In this document: piece after piece, positions 44,531 to 53,149 of the stretch | Position numbering within the stretch: the stretch's first letter is position 1 | Layout: every line of letters starts with the position of its first letter | Origin: Candidatus Dormiibacterota bacterium | Lineage (GTDB): Bacteria; Chloroflexota; Dormibacteria; Aeolococcales; Aeolococcaceae | Assembly (NCBI GenBank): GCA_027365835.1 | Contig: DAHXLU010000097.1 | Coordinates: 3,096-67,095 of the forward strand | Reading direction: 5' to 3' | Length of the DNA stretch: 64,000 nt | Translations under genes and position numbers: made by a program | The notes under the pieces: model-generated | What the model was told of the DNA's origin: nothing | The model's input: the letters and a program-made list of their open reading frames with translations, nothing else | The model's database searches: none

Positions 44531-46540
44531 CTAGGTGCCGTTGTACCTTGGGGCGTTGCCAGCATCGTCTACGGCGATGCAGAAGTGTGACGAGGTGCAG
44601 GAAACAAACAGCAGCGCGTTCCTGCCGTCGATATGGGCCGGAGGAGTCCAGCCACCATTTATATAGGTTATGGCATTACCGGCGCTGTCCACCATCATGC
44701 AGAAGCTGTTGCCGGAACACGATACCGAGTTCACACTATTGGGAGCGTCGATATTGAGTGGCCTTCCCCATGCGGATCCTGTGTAGGTAACTGCTGTTCC
44801 ACTGCTGCTTACCGCCATGCAGAAGTGTGACGATGGGCATGCCACTGACTCCAGCAGTCCGAACTGGTCGATCGATATGGGGGTTGACCATACTGTTCCG
44901 TTCCAGTAAACGGCATTGCCGGCATTGTCTGTTGCCATGCAGAACGAGCTGCTCGCACAGGATACTGAGGTGAGAGGATTCTGGCCGTCGATATCGCTGG
45001 CTGGGCTCCAGCCCTTGCCATTCCAGTAAGTGGCATTGCCAGCGGTGTCTACCGCCATACAGAACTGGGTGGAACTGCAGGATACGGATGTGAGTGCATT
45101 GGTGCCATCTATCGTCACTGGGGCGGTCCATCTGGGTGCGGTATAGGTGATGGCATGGCCGTACTGGTCAACTGCCATGCAGAACCCACTGGTGGGGCAG
45201 GAAACAGACGATATTGGACCAAGGGCATCCATGCGGACCGGAGGGGACCAGAGAGCGCCGTTATAGGAAATGGCATCTCCGATATTGTTTACCGCCATAC
45301 AGAACGTAGGGGATGCACAGGATACTGCGTTTATGGTGTTGGAATTATCGATGTCCAGTGGGGTAGCCCATTGTCCAGCGCTATAGCTGAGCACATCTCC
45401 TGCACTGTCGGTTGCCATACAGAACCGGGTGCTACTGCACGATATGGCGGTCAGTGCATTTGGGTAGTCGATATTGTTACCGCTGCTCCATGTTTTCCGG
45501 CGATACTGATAGACCTTGCCAGAATTGGCCACGGCCACGCAGAAGGAGGGTCCGCCGCAGGATACGGCTGTCAGTGGCCCTGCTTCGTCCACGATGGCAG
45601 AGGTCCAGTCGGTGCCATTGAATGTAATGGCATTGCCCTGCTGATCAACAGCAACACAGAACTGCGACGAGGTGCAGGAGATCCCCGTGATGGGAGTATT
45701 GGCGTCAATGTCGGAAGGCGTACTCCAGGTGCTGCCGTTGAAAGAGATCGCATCCCCACTGGAGTCTGTGGCTACGCAAAAGCTGCTGCTTGTGCAGGCA
45801 ACCGCATCCAGAGTGTTGCCAGGGTCAACTTTTACTGGAGTGCTCCAGCTGCCTTTGGTGTAGTAAACGGCATTGCCTGCATTGTCAACAGCTACACAAA
45901 ACCCGGCCGAAGGGCACGACACCGCCTTTAGGGCACCGGACAGGTCAGCCGTCTGCGGACTGGACCAAGTGTGGCCATTGTAGTACTGACTATGGCCGTA
46001 GTAGTCCACAGCCACACAGAACGTGTTGCTTGCGCACGACACTGAATCCAGTGCGCCCCAGTAATCAATACCTGTAGGAGTAGACCAGTGGCCATGGGTG
46101 TACATAGCAGCACTTCCGGACCCATCCACTGCGGCGCAGAAGCTGCTGGATGGACAGGAGACTGAGGTGAGGGCAACTGGTACGCCAGAGCCAACCCGTG
46201 CCATGGTCCAGCCAGAAACTGTGCCAGGCGCTGCGATTATCAGGAGGGCAGCTATGACAACAAGGACTGCTAGTACCAGTCCCAGGAGACGGACGTTCCG
46301 GTAGGAGCGGCGATACGGCCCTGCAGCTGGAGGGGCAGGTTCAGCAGTGGTGCCGCCTCCCACGGGCGCGGCGGCAGGCTCGTGTGCTTTGCCCTTACGG
46401 CTGCTGGGGGGTGACACTGGTTCTGGACCAACTGGGCCCTCCTGCGTGGTCCCCGCAGCATGGCCAGGGGCTGCTTTCCGGGGGGCCTTGTCCTTCGGGT
46501 TTGGTCCAGGGCCCTTACTGTTTTTCTTTTTCTTGGACAT
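44531..46540 (-). CDS. membrane-anchored protein with about 13.6 tandem 40-residue two-cysteine repeats (putative double beta-propeller)
   Basis: The start is at MSKKKKNSKG (46540). A disordered basic/Pro-rich N-terminus and one TM (LLGLVLAVLVVIAALLIIA) follow. Then come repeats of consensus VSCxSxxFCxAVDxxGNAxxYNGxxWSxPxxIDxxxxLxs. Confidence 0.8.
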   Translation of the reverse strand: MSKKKKNSKGPGPNPKDKAPRKAAPGHAAGTTQEGPVGPEPVSPPSSRKGKAHEPAAAPVGGGTTAEPAPPAAGPYRRSYRNVRLLGLVLAVLVVIAALLIIAAPGTVSGWTMARVGSGVPVALTSVSCPSSSFCAAVDGSGSAAMYTHGHWSTPTGIDYWGALDSVSCASNTFCVAVDYYGHSQYYNGHTWSSPQTADLSGALKAVSCPSAGFCVAVDNAGNAVYYTKGSWSTPVKVDPGNTLDAVACTSSSFCVATDSSGDAISFNGSTWSTPSDIDANTPITGISCTSSQFCVAVDQQGNAITFNGTDWTSAIVDEAGPLTAVSCGGPSFCVAVANSGKVYQYRRKTWSSGNNIDYPNALTAISCSSTRFCMATDSAGDVLSYSAGQWATPLDIDNSNTINAVSCASPTFCMAVNNIGDAISYNGALWSPPVRMDALGPISSVSCPTSGFCMAVDQYGHAITYTAPRWTAPVTIDGTNALTSVSCSSTQFCMAVDTAGNATYWNGKGWSPASDIDGQNPLTSVSCASSSFCMATDNAGNAVYWNGTVWSTPISIDQFGLLESVACPSSHFCMAVSSSGTAVTYTGSAWGRPLNIDAPNSVNSVSCSGNSFCMMVDSAGNAITYINGGWTPPAHIDGRNALLFVSCTSSHFCIAVDDAGNAPRYNGT
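44534..46162 (-). repeat. tandem 120-bp coding repeat array (about 13.6 units)
   Basis: The motif (c/a)tgcagaa (or catacagaa) recurs on the forward strand every 120 nt, for example at 44581, 44701, 44821 and 44941. Confidence 0.85.
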
Positions 46541-46721
46541 TGCTAGCTGACTATAACGGTCCCGGGGCACAGATGGCACGACTGTGCGCTGGGGCGGTAC
46601 AACACTGGACCCATCCTGGATCCAGGACCGTGCAAAACCACTACACAGCGGCGGCAGCCGCGCGTGGGGGAGCTGGGTATACTGGCAGCAGCCCACGGCT
46701 TTTGGGCGTGGTGCCATCTTA

Positions 46722-46727
46722 TATAGT
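46722..46727 (+). promoter_or_regulatory. candidate -10 box (TATAGT) for a leaderless ATG at 46735
   Basis: TATAGT is followed by 7 nt (ttcaggc) and the ATG. Confidence 0.4.
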
Positions 46728-46734
46728 TTCAGGC

Positions 46735-47607
46735 ATGCCAGACATGCACATTACCTTGCGCAAGGGCCCATCCGCCCCCATCCTGGCTCGCCTGGCGGGT
46801 GCGATCCTTGTGCCGCTGCTACTTGCTGGCTGCGGTAGTTCCCATTCAGGAGCGAACCAGTCTCCCCATGTTGCCTTTACCCCGCCGCTGCAGACGGCGG
46901 GGCCAGCACTACACTTTGTATCCCAGCCTATAGCAGCCACGCTGTATCCGCCTGGAAGTGGCTGTCGGCAAGTAGCAGAAGGGGTCCCCCTGCCAGCAGC
47001 ACCACTGTCATGCCGAGATGCACTTTCCGGTATTCCAGGACTTAGTAGTGTGCCGCCGGCGCTGCTCCCCTCCCAGCTGCACCTGCCTTCCCAGCTTCTT
47101 CGTGCCCCCTCCATCCCGGCGTCATCAGGGAGGGCGTATGGGGATGCTTTCCTCAGAACGTCTGCCTTGAGCTATGCCGGGACGCAAAGCAACGAAGTAG
47201 GGCTGCTGCGGCTGCTGTATAGCCAGCAATATGGCACTACGGCTCCGCTTTTCCAGATCTGGGGCGAGTACTACACGGTGGTGTCAGTGCCCAGTTGTGT
47301 CCTTCCAGAGGCGCTTCGGCTGACAGCGCTTCCGGCCTCTGCCTTTTCCCAGGAAGCAGGAAGCGGTATGGGTGGTACGCCTGCTGGCGAGGGGAAAGTG
47401 ATGGTGGTTGTTGCCACCTATCCTGCCTGCCAGGGATTACTGGTGCGCCGGCAATCCGGTGGGGCTACGCTGCGCTATAGCCCGCAGTCCCGCCGCGCGA
47501 GTGTTGTCTATGCTGGAGCGCTCGGGGATTCCCCCTTTGGAGAGCTGTTTGTCGTTGCGGGCCAGTATCCATGTGGCACCCGGGCGGTTTCGGCGGCCTG
47601 TTCCTGA
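46735..47607 (+). CDS. hypothetical lipoprotein
   Basis: A lipobox is present (LVPLLLAGCGSS). The ORF-track extension back to 46384 is antisense to the repeat protein and is rejected. Confidence 0.6.
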   Translation: MPDMHITLRKGPSAPILARLAGAILVPLLLAGCGSSHSGANQSPHVAFTPPLQTAGPALHFVSQPIAATLYPPGSGCRQVAEGVPLPAAPLSCRDALSGIPGLSSVPPALLPSQLHLPSQLLRAPSIPASSGRAYGDAFLRTSALSYAGTQSNEVGLLRLLYSQQYGTTAPLFQIWGEYYTVVSVPSCVLPEALRLTALPASAFSQEAGSGMGGTPAGEGKVMVVVATYPACQGLLVRRQSGGATLRYSPQSRRASVVYAGALGDSPFGELFVVAGQYPCGTRAVSAACS

Positions 47608-47710
47608 AGGCAGGGGAGCCGGCTTCCCGGTCTACCGGTGGGTTTTGCTGGGTTGTCCGGAGCACAGCCGGTGTGCCCCTGGTGCATCCCTGGTATGGCC
47701 AGGGCGAGGC

Positions 47711-48919
47711 TTATGCGCGAGACGCCGGGATGGCCTGGTGGTGGGTCCCTTGGGCTATCTGCCCAGTCAGGCGGCCCCATGCCTCGACAATGGCGCTGGC
47801 TGCGCTTGCGATATCTTCCTGGGTCGTATCCTTGCCCAGGGCACAGCGTAGTGCGCTTCTGGCCTGCGTGGCGCTGAAGCCCATGGCGGTCAGCACATGG
47901 CTGGGCTGTGCAGCGCCGCTGGAGCAGGCAGACCCTCCGGAGGCATAAACACCCCGTTCATCCAGTGCCGTAAGCAGCAGCTGGGAACTTACAGATGGAA
48001 CTATCGCTGTGACAAATGGTGGTATCTGGCTGCCAGCTCCGGTCCAGATTAGTCCGGGGATCTGCTGTTCCAGCAGGTTGCGCAAGCTGTCTGCCAGCGG
48101 TTCCACCCTTTGACAAAACTCTTCCCGCTCCTTTTCTGCCAGGAAGGCGGCAAGACCTAGCCCTGCAATTGCTGGTGTGTTCTCGGTCCCGCTGCGTCGG
48201 CCACGCTCCTGGCCGCCACCGGTCATCTGCGCAGAGAGGAAAACCCCATCCCGTATATACAGTGCGCCAGCGCCTTTGGGACCATAGACCTTATGGCCGC
48301 TCAGGCTGACAAGGTCCGCACCCAGCTCTGTGGGATGCACTGGAACCTTGCCTAGCGCCTGAACAGCATCTGTATGTATAAGGGTGTTGCGGTTACGACC
48401 TTTGACCTCTGCCGCGATCTCTGCCACCGGCTGGATCGTACCAACCTCGTTGTTCACCAGCATGACCGAGACCAGAATCGTGTCTGAGCGCACGGCCGCC
48501 GCTACCTGTGCCGGGTCTATTCTTCCTTTGTCATCACAACCAACAATGGTAACCTCGGCATTCCCAGCCCACTCAAGCGCCCTGCAGGTCTCTATGACAG
48601 CATCATGTTCGATAGCACTTATTACCAGATGGCGGCCGCGGTCGTGCCACCGTTCCAGCACCCCCCGTACGGCAAGATTGTCCGCTTCGGTGCCGCCTGA
48701 GGTAAATGCAATCTCCCTGAAGTTCACATGCAGCACCGCAGCCAGCTGTTCACGAGCCTCGTCCAGGACCGCCTTTGCGTCCCGGCCTCTCGTATGCATG
48801 GAGGATGGATTTCCCCAGCCTTTTGTCAGTACCTCGCTCACGCGTGCATGTACTTCCGGGCGCACGGGCGTGGTAGCGGCATGGTCGAGATAAACTGGTT
48901 TCTGTGCAGGTTTTTCCAT
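47711..48919 (-). CDS. class I cysteine desulfurase (NifS/IscS-like)
   Basis: Motifs are IYLDHAATTP, SGHKVYGPKGAGALY (PLP Lys) and ASGGSACSSG (active-site Cys loop). Confidence 0.9.
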   Translation of the reverse strand: MEKPAQKPVYLDHAATTPVRPEVHARVSEVLTKGWGNPSSMHTRGRDAKAVLDEAREQLAAVLHVNFREIAFTSGGTEADNLAVRGVLERWHDRGRHLVISAIEHDAVIETCRALEWAGNAEVTIVGCDDKGRIDPAQVAAAVRSDTILVSVMLVNNEVGTIQPVAEIAAEVKGRNRNTLIHTDAVQALGKVPVHPTELGADLVSLSGHKVYGPKGAGALYIRDGVFLSAQMTGGGQERGRRSGTENTPAIAGLGLAAFLAEKEREEFCQRVEPLADSLRNLLEQQIPGLIWTGAGSQIPPFVTAIVPSVSSQLLLTALDERGVYASGGSACSSGAAQPSHVLTAMGFSATQARSALRCALGKDTTQEDIASAASAIVEAWGRLTGQIAQGTHHQAIPASRA

Positions 48920-48925
48920 GGGTCG

Positions 48926-48931
48926 AGTCTA
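48926..48931 (-). promoter_or_regulatory. candidate -10 box (TAGACT) for a leaderless ATG at 48919
   Basis: On the minus strand TAGACT is followed by 6 nt (cgaccc) and the ATG. Confidence 0.4.
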
Positions 48932-49120
48932 GCGCGTTTCCTGCCCCCTCCTGTGGCAGCTGGGACCATTGTCTGCGCTGGGTCACTGTGGGGGGACGTT
49001 GAGCCCTGGTGTATTCCTGGATCTGCCCCAGCATGCACTGGGAATGCACCCGGGCAAAGCGGCAGGCGGGGGGGCAGTTTTAGGTGCATTAACTGATGCC
49101 GCGGGAGGAGGAGCATCCGG

Positions 49121-49126
49121 TATTAT
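49121..49126 (+). promoter_or_regulatory. candidate -10 box (TATTAT) for a leaderless ATG at 49133
   Basis: TATTAT is followed by 6 nt (gggccg) and the ATG. No SD is present. Confidence 0.4.
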
Positions 49127-49132
49127 GGGCCG

Positions 49133-50431
49133 ATGTCTGATCTCCACCTTTCGGAAATTATCGGTGCTCCCATTGTTGCCACTGGGGGACAGCGTCTGGG
49201 TAAATTACGCGACGCAGTAGCCAAGTTGCCAGGACAGGGCGGGTATCCTGTCATTGCGGGCCTTGTGGTGAAGGTGGGGCGAAGGGAGATCTACGTTGGG
49301 GCGAGGAAAATTGTTGCGCTTGGTGCCCAGGAGATCCGCCTCAACACTGCCGAGCTGGACATTCGTCCCTTTGAACGCCGTCCGGGCGAAGTTCTGCTGC
49401 GTCGGGATCTGCTTGGCCATAGGCTGATAGATGTCCCAGCCGCCCGTCTTGTCCGGGCGCATGACGTGGAAGTGTCTCTCTCCGGAAGGAGCTGGCAGGT
49501 TACAGGTGTGGATACGGTCGCACGCCGGCGGCTGTTTGGGTTGCTTTCTACTTCGGCCCATGCAGTGCGTGACTGGAAAGATTTTGAGCCGCTTATAGGT
49601 CACAGGGAGAGCGAGGTGGCACGGGGAAGGCGCAGCCGCCTTACCCACCTGCGCCCTGCCCAGATTGCTGATCTGGTTGAGGAGGCTGACCGGGAGGAGA
49701 CGGAAGAGATACTGCATGCGGTACACAACGACGCTGAACTTGAGGCGGATGTCTTTGAGGAGATGGAGACCGACCGGCAGGTTGAGGTGCTTCGGGAGCG
49801 TTCCGATGCCGAGGTGGCTGATGTTCTTATGCACATGCGGGCAGACGATGCTGCCGATCTCATTGCAGAGCTCCCCCAGGACCGCCGGCTGCCCCTGCTC
49901 GGCCTTCTCCCTGTGGGAACCCAGATCAAGATCAGGGCGCTGCTGGGGTTCAATCCGGCAACAGCCGGAGGGATGATGAATCCGGATTTCCTTGCCCTGC
50001 CAGAGGATATTTCCGTAGAGGAGGCACTAAGGCGGGTCAGCAAGTCCACCAAGATGTCCCATGAGGTGCTGGTGAGTCTTCCTGTCACCCGGGGCACCAC
50101 TCTTTGTGGCGCCATAGGGCTGGTAGCCCTCCTCCAGGCAGATCGCAAGGCTACCCTTGCACATGTGGCGGATGGGGATCCTGTTCGGGTGCATCCGGAT
50201 GCAGATGTCACCGAGGTGGCTATACGGATGACCGATTTCAACCTGCTGGCGATCCCGGTAGTTGATGATGCCAACAGCCTGCTGGGGGTCATCACCGTGG
50301 ACGATCTCCTGGAGGTAACAGTGCCGGAAGCATGGAGGAGGCGCGAGGACGGAGCGGCGACATCTGACAGTATGGGCGGCAGTGACCCAGGCGCTCCGGT
50401 TCCTCCGCAATCAGCGGCTGCCACGCCGTGA
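49133..50431 (+). CDS. soluble PRC-barrel-like + MgtE N-domain + CBS-pair protein (no transmembrane domain)
   Basis: The acidic helical MgtE_N-like region reads IADLVEEADREETEEILHAV...DDAADLIAELP. A CBS pair follows (MNPDFLALPEDISVEEAL...; LLAIPVVDDANSLLGVITVDDLLEV). The N-terminal 150 aa look PRC-barrel-like. There are no hydrophobic segments. Confidence 0.8.
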   Translation: MSDLHLSEIIGAPIVATGGQRLGKLRDAVAKLPGQGGYPVIAGLVVKVGRREIYVGARKIVALGAQEIRLNTAELDIRPFERRPGEVLLRRDLLGHRLIDVPAARLVRAHDVEVSLSGRSWQVTGVDTVARRRLFGLLSTSAHAVRDWKDFEPLIGHRESEVARGRRSRLTHLRPAQIADLVEEADREETEEILHAVHNDAELEADVFEEMETDRQVEVLRERSDAEVADVLMHMRADDAADLIAELPQDRRLPLLGLLPVGTQIKIRALLGFNPATAGGMMNPDFLALPEDISVEEALRRVSKSTKMSHEVLVSLPVTRGTTLCGAIGLVALLQADRKATLAHVADGDPVRVHPDADVTEVAIRMTDFNLLAIPVVDDANSLLGVITVDDLLEVTVPEAWRRREDGAATSDSMGGSDPGAPVPPQSAAATP

Positions 50432-52143
50432 CACCATCCCGCCGGACTGACGGTGTCCGCCGCGACACCTCTGCCCAGGATGGCGGAAGGACCGGTGGTC
50501 AACCTTCTCCGGAGCTGGAGGTGCCGTCCTCCAGCGCGGTGCTGGACAGTGCGCATCTTGGCGACATCCAGGGAGCGCTTGGGCATATACGTGTGGGGGA
50601 TACTGGTGAAAGGCGCTCCTGGAAGGCGCGCCTGCTGACCCTTCTTGTGATCATTGGACCTGGGCTCATTGTCATGGTGGGCGACAATGACGCTGGCGGG
50701 GTGGCTACCTATGCACAGGCTGGACAGAACTATGGCACCAGCCTGCTCTGGGTACTGTTGCTGCTTATCCCGGTGCTCATTGTGAACCAGGAGATGGTGG
50801 TCCGCCTTGGAGCAGTTACCGGAGTGGGACATGCCAGGCTGATAAATGAGAGATTTGGCAAATTCTGGGGGGCATTCAGTGTTGGGGACCTCTTCATACT
50901 GAATTTCCTTACCATCGTGACTGAATTTATAGGGATCAGTCTGGCAGCGGACTACTTTGGCCTGAGCCCCTATGCTGTCGTGCCGCTTGCCGCAGTCATG
51001 CTTATAGCAATTACGGCAACAGGCAGCTTTCGCCGGTGGGAGCGTGCCATGTTTATCTTTATTGCAGTTAGCGCAGTGCTCTTTCCGATGGCACTTCTCT
51101 CTTCTCCCCACTGGGGAGAGATCGCCCACAACTTTGTCCTGCCTTCAGTCCAGGGTGGGGTTAACTCGGCTGCTGTGCTCTTGATTATTGCCATTGTCGG
51201 AACGACGGTCGCCCCATGGCAGCTGTTTTTCCAGCAATCCAACATAGTTGACAAACGGATCACGCCGCGTTTCATCAATTTTGAACGCGCCGACACCATC
51301 CTTGGCGCCCTGGTTGTTGTTGCGGGGGGTGCTGCAATAATGATCACAGGCGATTACGCCTTCCGTGGTACAGGTCTGGCTGGTAAATTCACCAGTGCAC
51401 TGGGTGTGGCCCAGGGGCTTGGGCACCTGAGCCACCTTCTCGGAGTCATGTTCGCAGTCGCACTTTTTGACGCCAGCATTGTAGGTGCTGCTGCAGTTAC
51501 GCTGGCTACGTCCTACGCCTTTGGGGATGTTTTCAACATGCGCCATTCCTTGCATCGCGGCTGGAGGGATGCGAAGAAGTTTTATGCCAGCTATACCGGC
51601 ATGGTAGTGCTCGCGGCAGGAATAGTGCTTATACCAGGGGCACCACTTGGACTAATTACCACTGCAGTCCAGGCGCTGGCCGGGCTGCTGCTCCCCAGTG
51701 CCACGGTCTTTCTGCTGCTGTTATGCAATGACCGCGCGGTGCTGGGCCCATGGGTAAACCGCAGGTGGCTAAATGTGCTTGCGAGCGTGATCATAACAGT
51801 GCTCCTTGTGCTTTCAGGGGTGCTCATGGTAACCACGCTGTTCCCATCTGTGAATGTACCGCTGCTGTTTCTCCAGATGACAGCCGGGGTTATTGTCCTG
51901 GCGCTGCTTGCACTTGGGTATTTGAAATTGGCACGCAGGCATGAGCCAGACCGGGGTGACGCCGCCGGACTGGCTGAACCGATGACACTTGACGAAAAGA
52001 TGGCGTGGCGCATGCCGCAGCTTGCCCTGCTGCAGCCGGTGCGCTGGTCTCCCGGGCTAAAACTTGGCATGGGCGCCCTCAGGGGGTACATAGTGGTGAG
52101 CGCGGTCCTGCTTGTGGTCAAGGCTGTTCAGCTTGCCCACTAA
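50428..52143 (+). CDS. NRAMP-related transporter with a non-canonical metal site (NRMT-like, possible Mg2+ transporter)
   Basis: The GTG start overlaps the upstream stop (GTGA). TM1 reads GPGLIVMVGDNDAGGVATY where canonical NRAMP has DPGN. TM6 reads IVGTTVAPWQLFFQQS where canonical has xMPHNLxLHS. The protein has about 11-12 TM segments. Confidence 0.8.
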   Translation: MTPSRRTDGVRRDTSAQDGGRTGGQPSPELEVPSSSAVLDSAHLGDIQGALGHIRVGDTGERRSWKARLLTLLVIIGPGLIVMVGDNDAGGVATYAQAGQNYGTSLLWVLLLLIPVLIVNQEMVVRLGAVTGVGHARLINERFGKFWGAFSVGDLFILNFLTIVTEFIGISLAADYFGLSPYAVVPLAAVMLIAITATGSFRRWERAMFIFIAVSAVLFPMALLSSPHWGEIAHNFVLPSVQGGVNSAAVLLIIAIVGTTVAPWQLFFQQSNIVDKRITPRFINFERADTILGALVVVAGGAAIMITGDYAFRGTGLAGKFTSALGVAQGLGHLSHLLGVMFAVALFDASIVGAAAVTLATSYAFGDVFNMRHSLHRGWRDAKKFYASYTGMVVLAAGIVLIPGAPLGLITTAVQALAGLLLPSATVFLLLLCNDRAVLGPWVNRRWLNVLASVIITVLLVLSGVLMVTTLFPSVNVPLLFLQMTAGVIVLALLALGYLKLARRHEPDRGDAAGLAEPMTLDEKMAWRMPQLALLQPVRWSPGLKLGMGALRGYIVVSAVLLVVKAVQLAH

Positions 52144-52579
52144 CGCTGCAAGGGCTGGCAGAGGCCATAGCGCGCAGGACACTTCTGGCAATAACCAGCT
52201 GGACTAGACTAGCCACTGCTTTTTTTGTCGCAGGCAGGCGTATGTCTAATTTGCCCCCATGGCAGACACCTCAGGCAGTCTCGTGCTATCCACTGGGTTG
52301 GGGAGCTGGGCGCGCCCTCTTATCTGCATGCGACAAGACCGTGCTCTTCCTTCCGGGAGATAACTGATCGTAGTGGCATACTGGCTTCTGTCGTCCATCC
52401 CATGCGACAGACAGGTTGCTGCAGGGTGAAGGCGCCCCTGTTTATGCGTGGACGGCCTGTACCTTAAGACCCCATAGGTTTCCTATTAAGTTTTACTGGC
52501 ACGAGACTGTTGCCATGGTTGTCACAGGATTGCAGTGGAGCAGACCCCTGCCCAGCCGACTGCCACGGAAGTGAGGTGG

Positions 52580-52585
52580 TAGAGT
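52580..52585 (+). promoter_or_regulatory. candidate extended -10 (TGgTAGAGT) for a leaderless ATG at 52593
   Basis: TAGAGT is followed by 7 nt (tgggtcg) and the ATG. A TG lies at 52577-52578. Confidence 0.4.
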
Positions 52586-52592
52586 TGGGTCG

Positions 52593-53129
52593 ATGAGCGC
52601 TGGCAGTGGTCACCCTCAAAGGCGTGGTGGGCCGACAGCTGATGGCTTACAGCTTGTGGTGGTACGCCTGCTCGACGGGCAGCAGCTGCGGGAGCTGCGT
52701 CTGGAGGCGCTGGCCGACAGTCCTCATGCCTTCGGTTCAACTCTGGAGCGGGAGCGCGCCTTTAGCCAGGAAGAGTGGCAGCAGCGCTGTGAGGGTTCGG
52801 TCTGGGCCGCGGCCCATTGGGCGGGTCGCCCAGTCGGACTGGCGTGTCTTGGTCGGGGAGCAGACGATGAGGAGACCTGTCGCAGGATCTTCGCCATGTG
52901 GGTATCACCATCCGTTCGCGGCAGCGGAGCGGCCGCATCCCTCCTCCACTTTCTGCTCGGCTGGGCTGCCGCGGAGGGAGCCCACTCAGTCCTGCTGCAC
53001 GTGGTGGAGGACAACTTCCCCGCCTACAGCTTCTACATGCGGCATGGGTTCTGTCCAGCCGGAAAGCGGGAGCCGCTGGTCAGCAATCCGGCGGTGTGGA
53101 CGGTAGAAATGCGCTTCGACATGGTCTGA
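52593..53129 (+). CDS. GNAT family N-acetyltransferase
   Basis: The acetyl-CoA loop reads MWVSPSVRGSGAAASLL, and ...LLHVVEDNFPAYSFYMRHGF is present. Confidence 0.75.
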   Translation: MSAGSGHPQRRGGPTADGLQLVVVRLLDGQQLRELRLEALADSPHAFGSTLERERAFSQEEWQQRCEGSVWAAAHWAGRPVGLACLGRGADDEETCRRIFAMWVSPSVRGSGAAASLLHFLLGWAAAEGAHSVLLHVVEDNFPAYSFYMRHGFCPAGKREPLVSNPAVWTVEMRFDMV

Positions 53130-53149
53130 GAGGCAGGCGACAGCTCCAG

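Noticed and set aside
44534-46162. The regular 120-bp DNA periodicity could at first glance be mistaken for a CRISPR-like or satellite array.
   Set aside because: The units are contiguous with no spacers, sit in one long open frame and encode a conserved 40-aa motif. This is a coding tandem repeat, not a CRISPR array.
48920-49132. I looked for an M-box or other riboswitch upstream of the putative Mg2+ transporter operon.
   Set aside because: I could not find the conserved M-box core, and the -10 hexamer sits 6 nt from the ATG, leaving no leader. This cannot be fully excluded without a covariance-model scan.
49600-51129. A 509-codon ORF runs antisense across the MgtE_N-CBS and NRAMP-like genes. 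Similar long shadow ORFs occur at 2680-3399, 10857-11615, 40903-41235, 57973-58743 and 63470-63958.
   Set aside because: The translations are low-complexity and Arg/Ser/Pro-rich with no motifs. Each lies opposite a gene with strong family signatures, which is the typical antisense open frame of GC-rich DNA.
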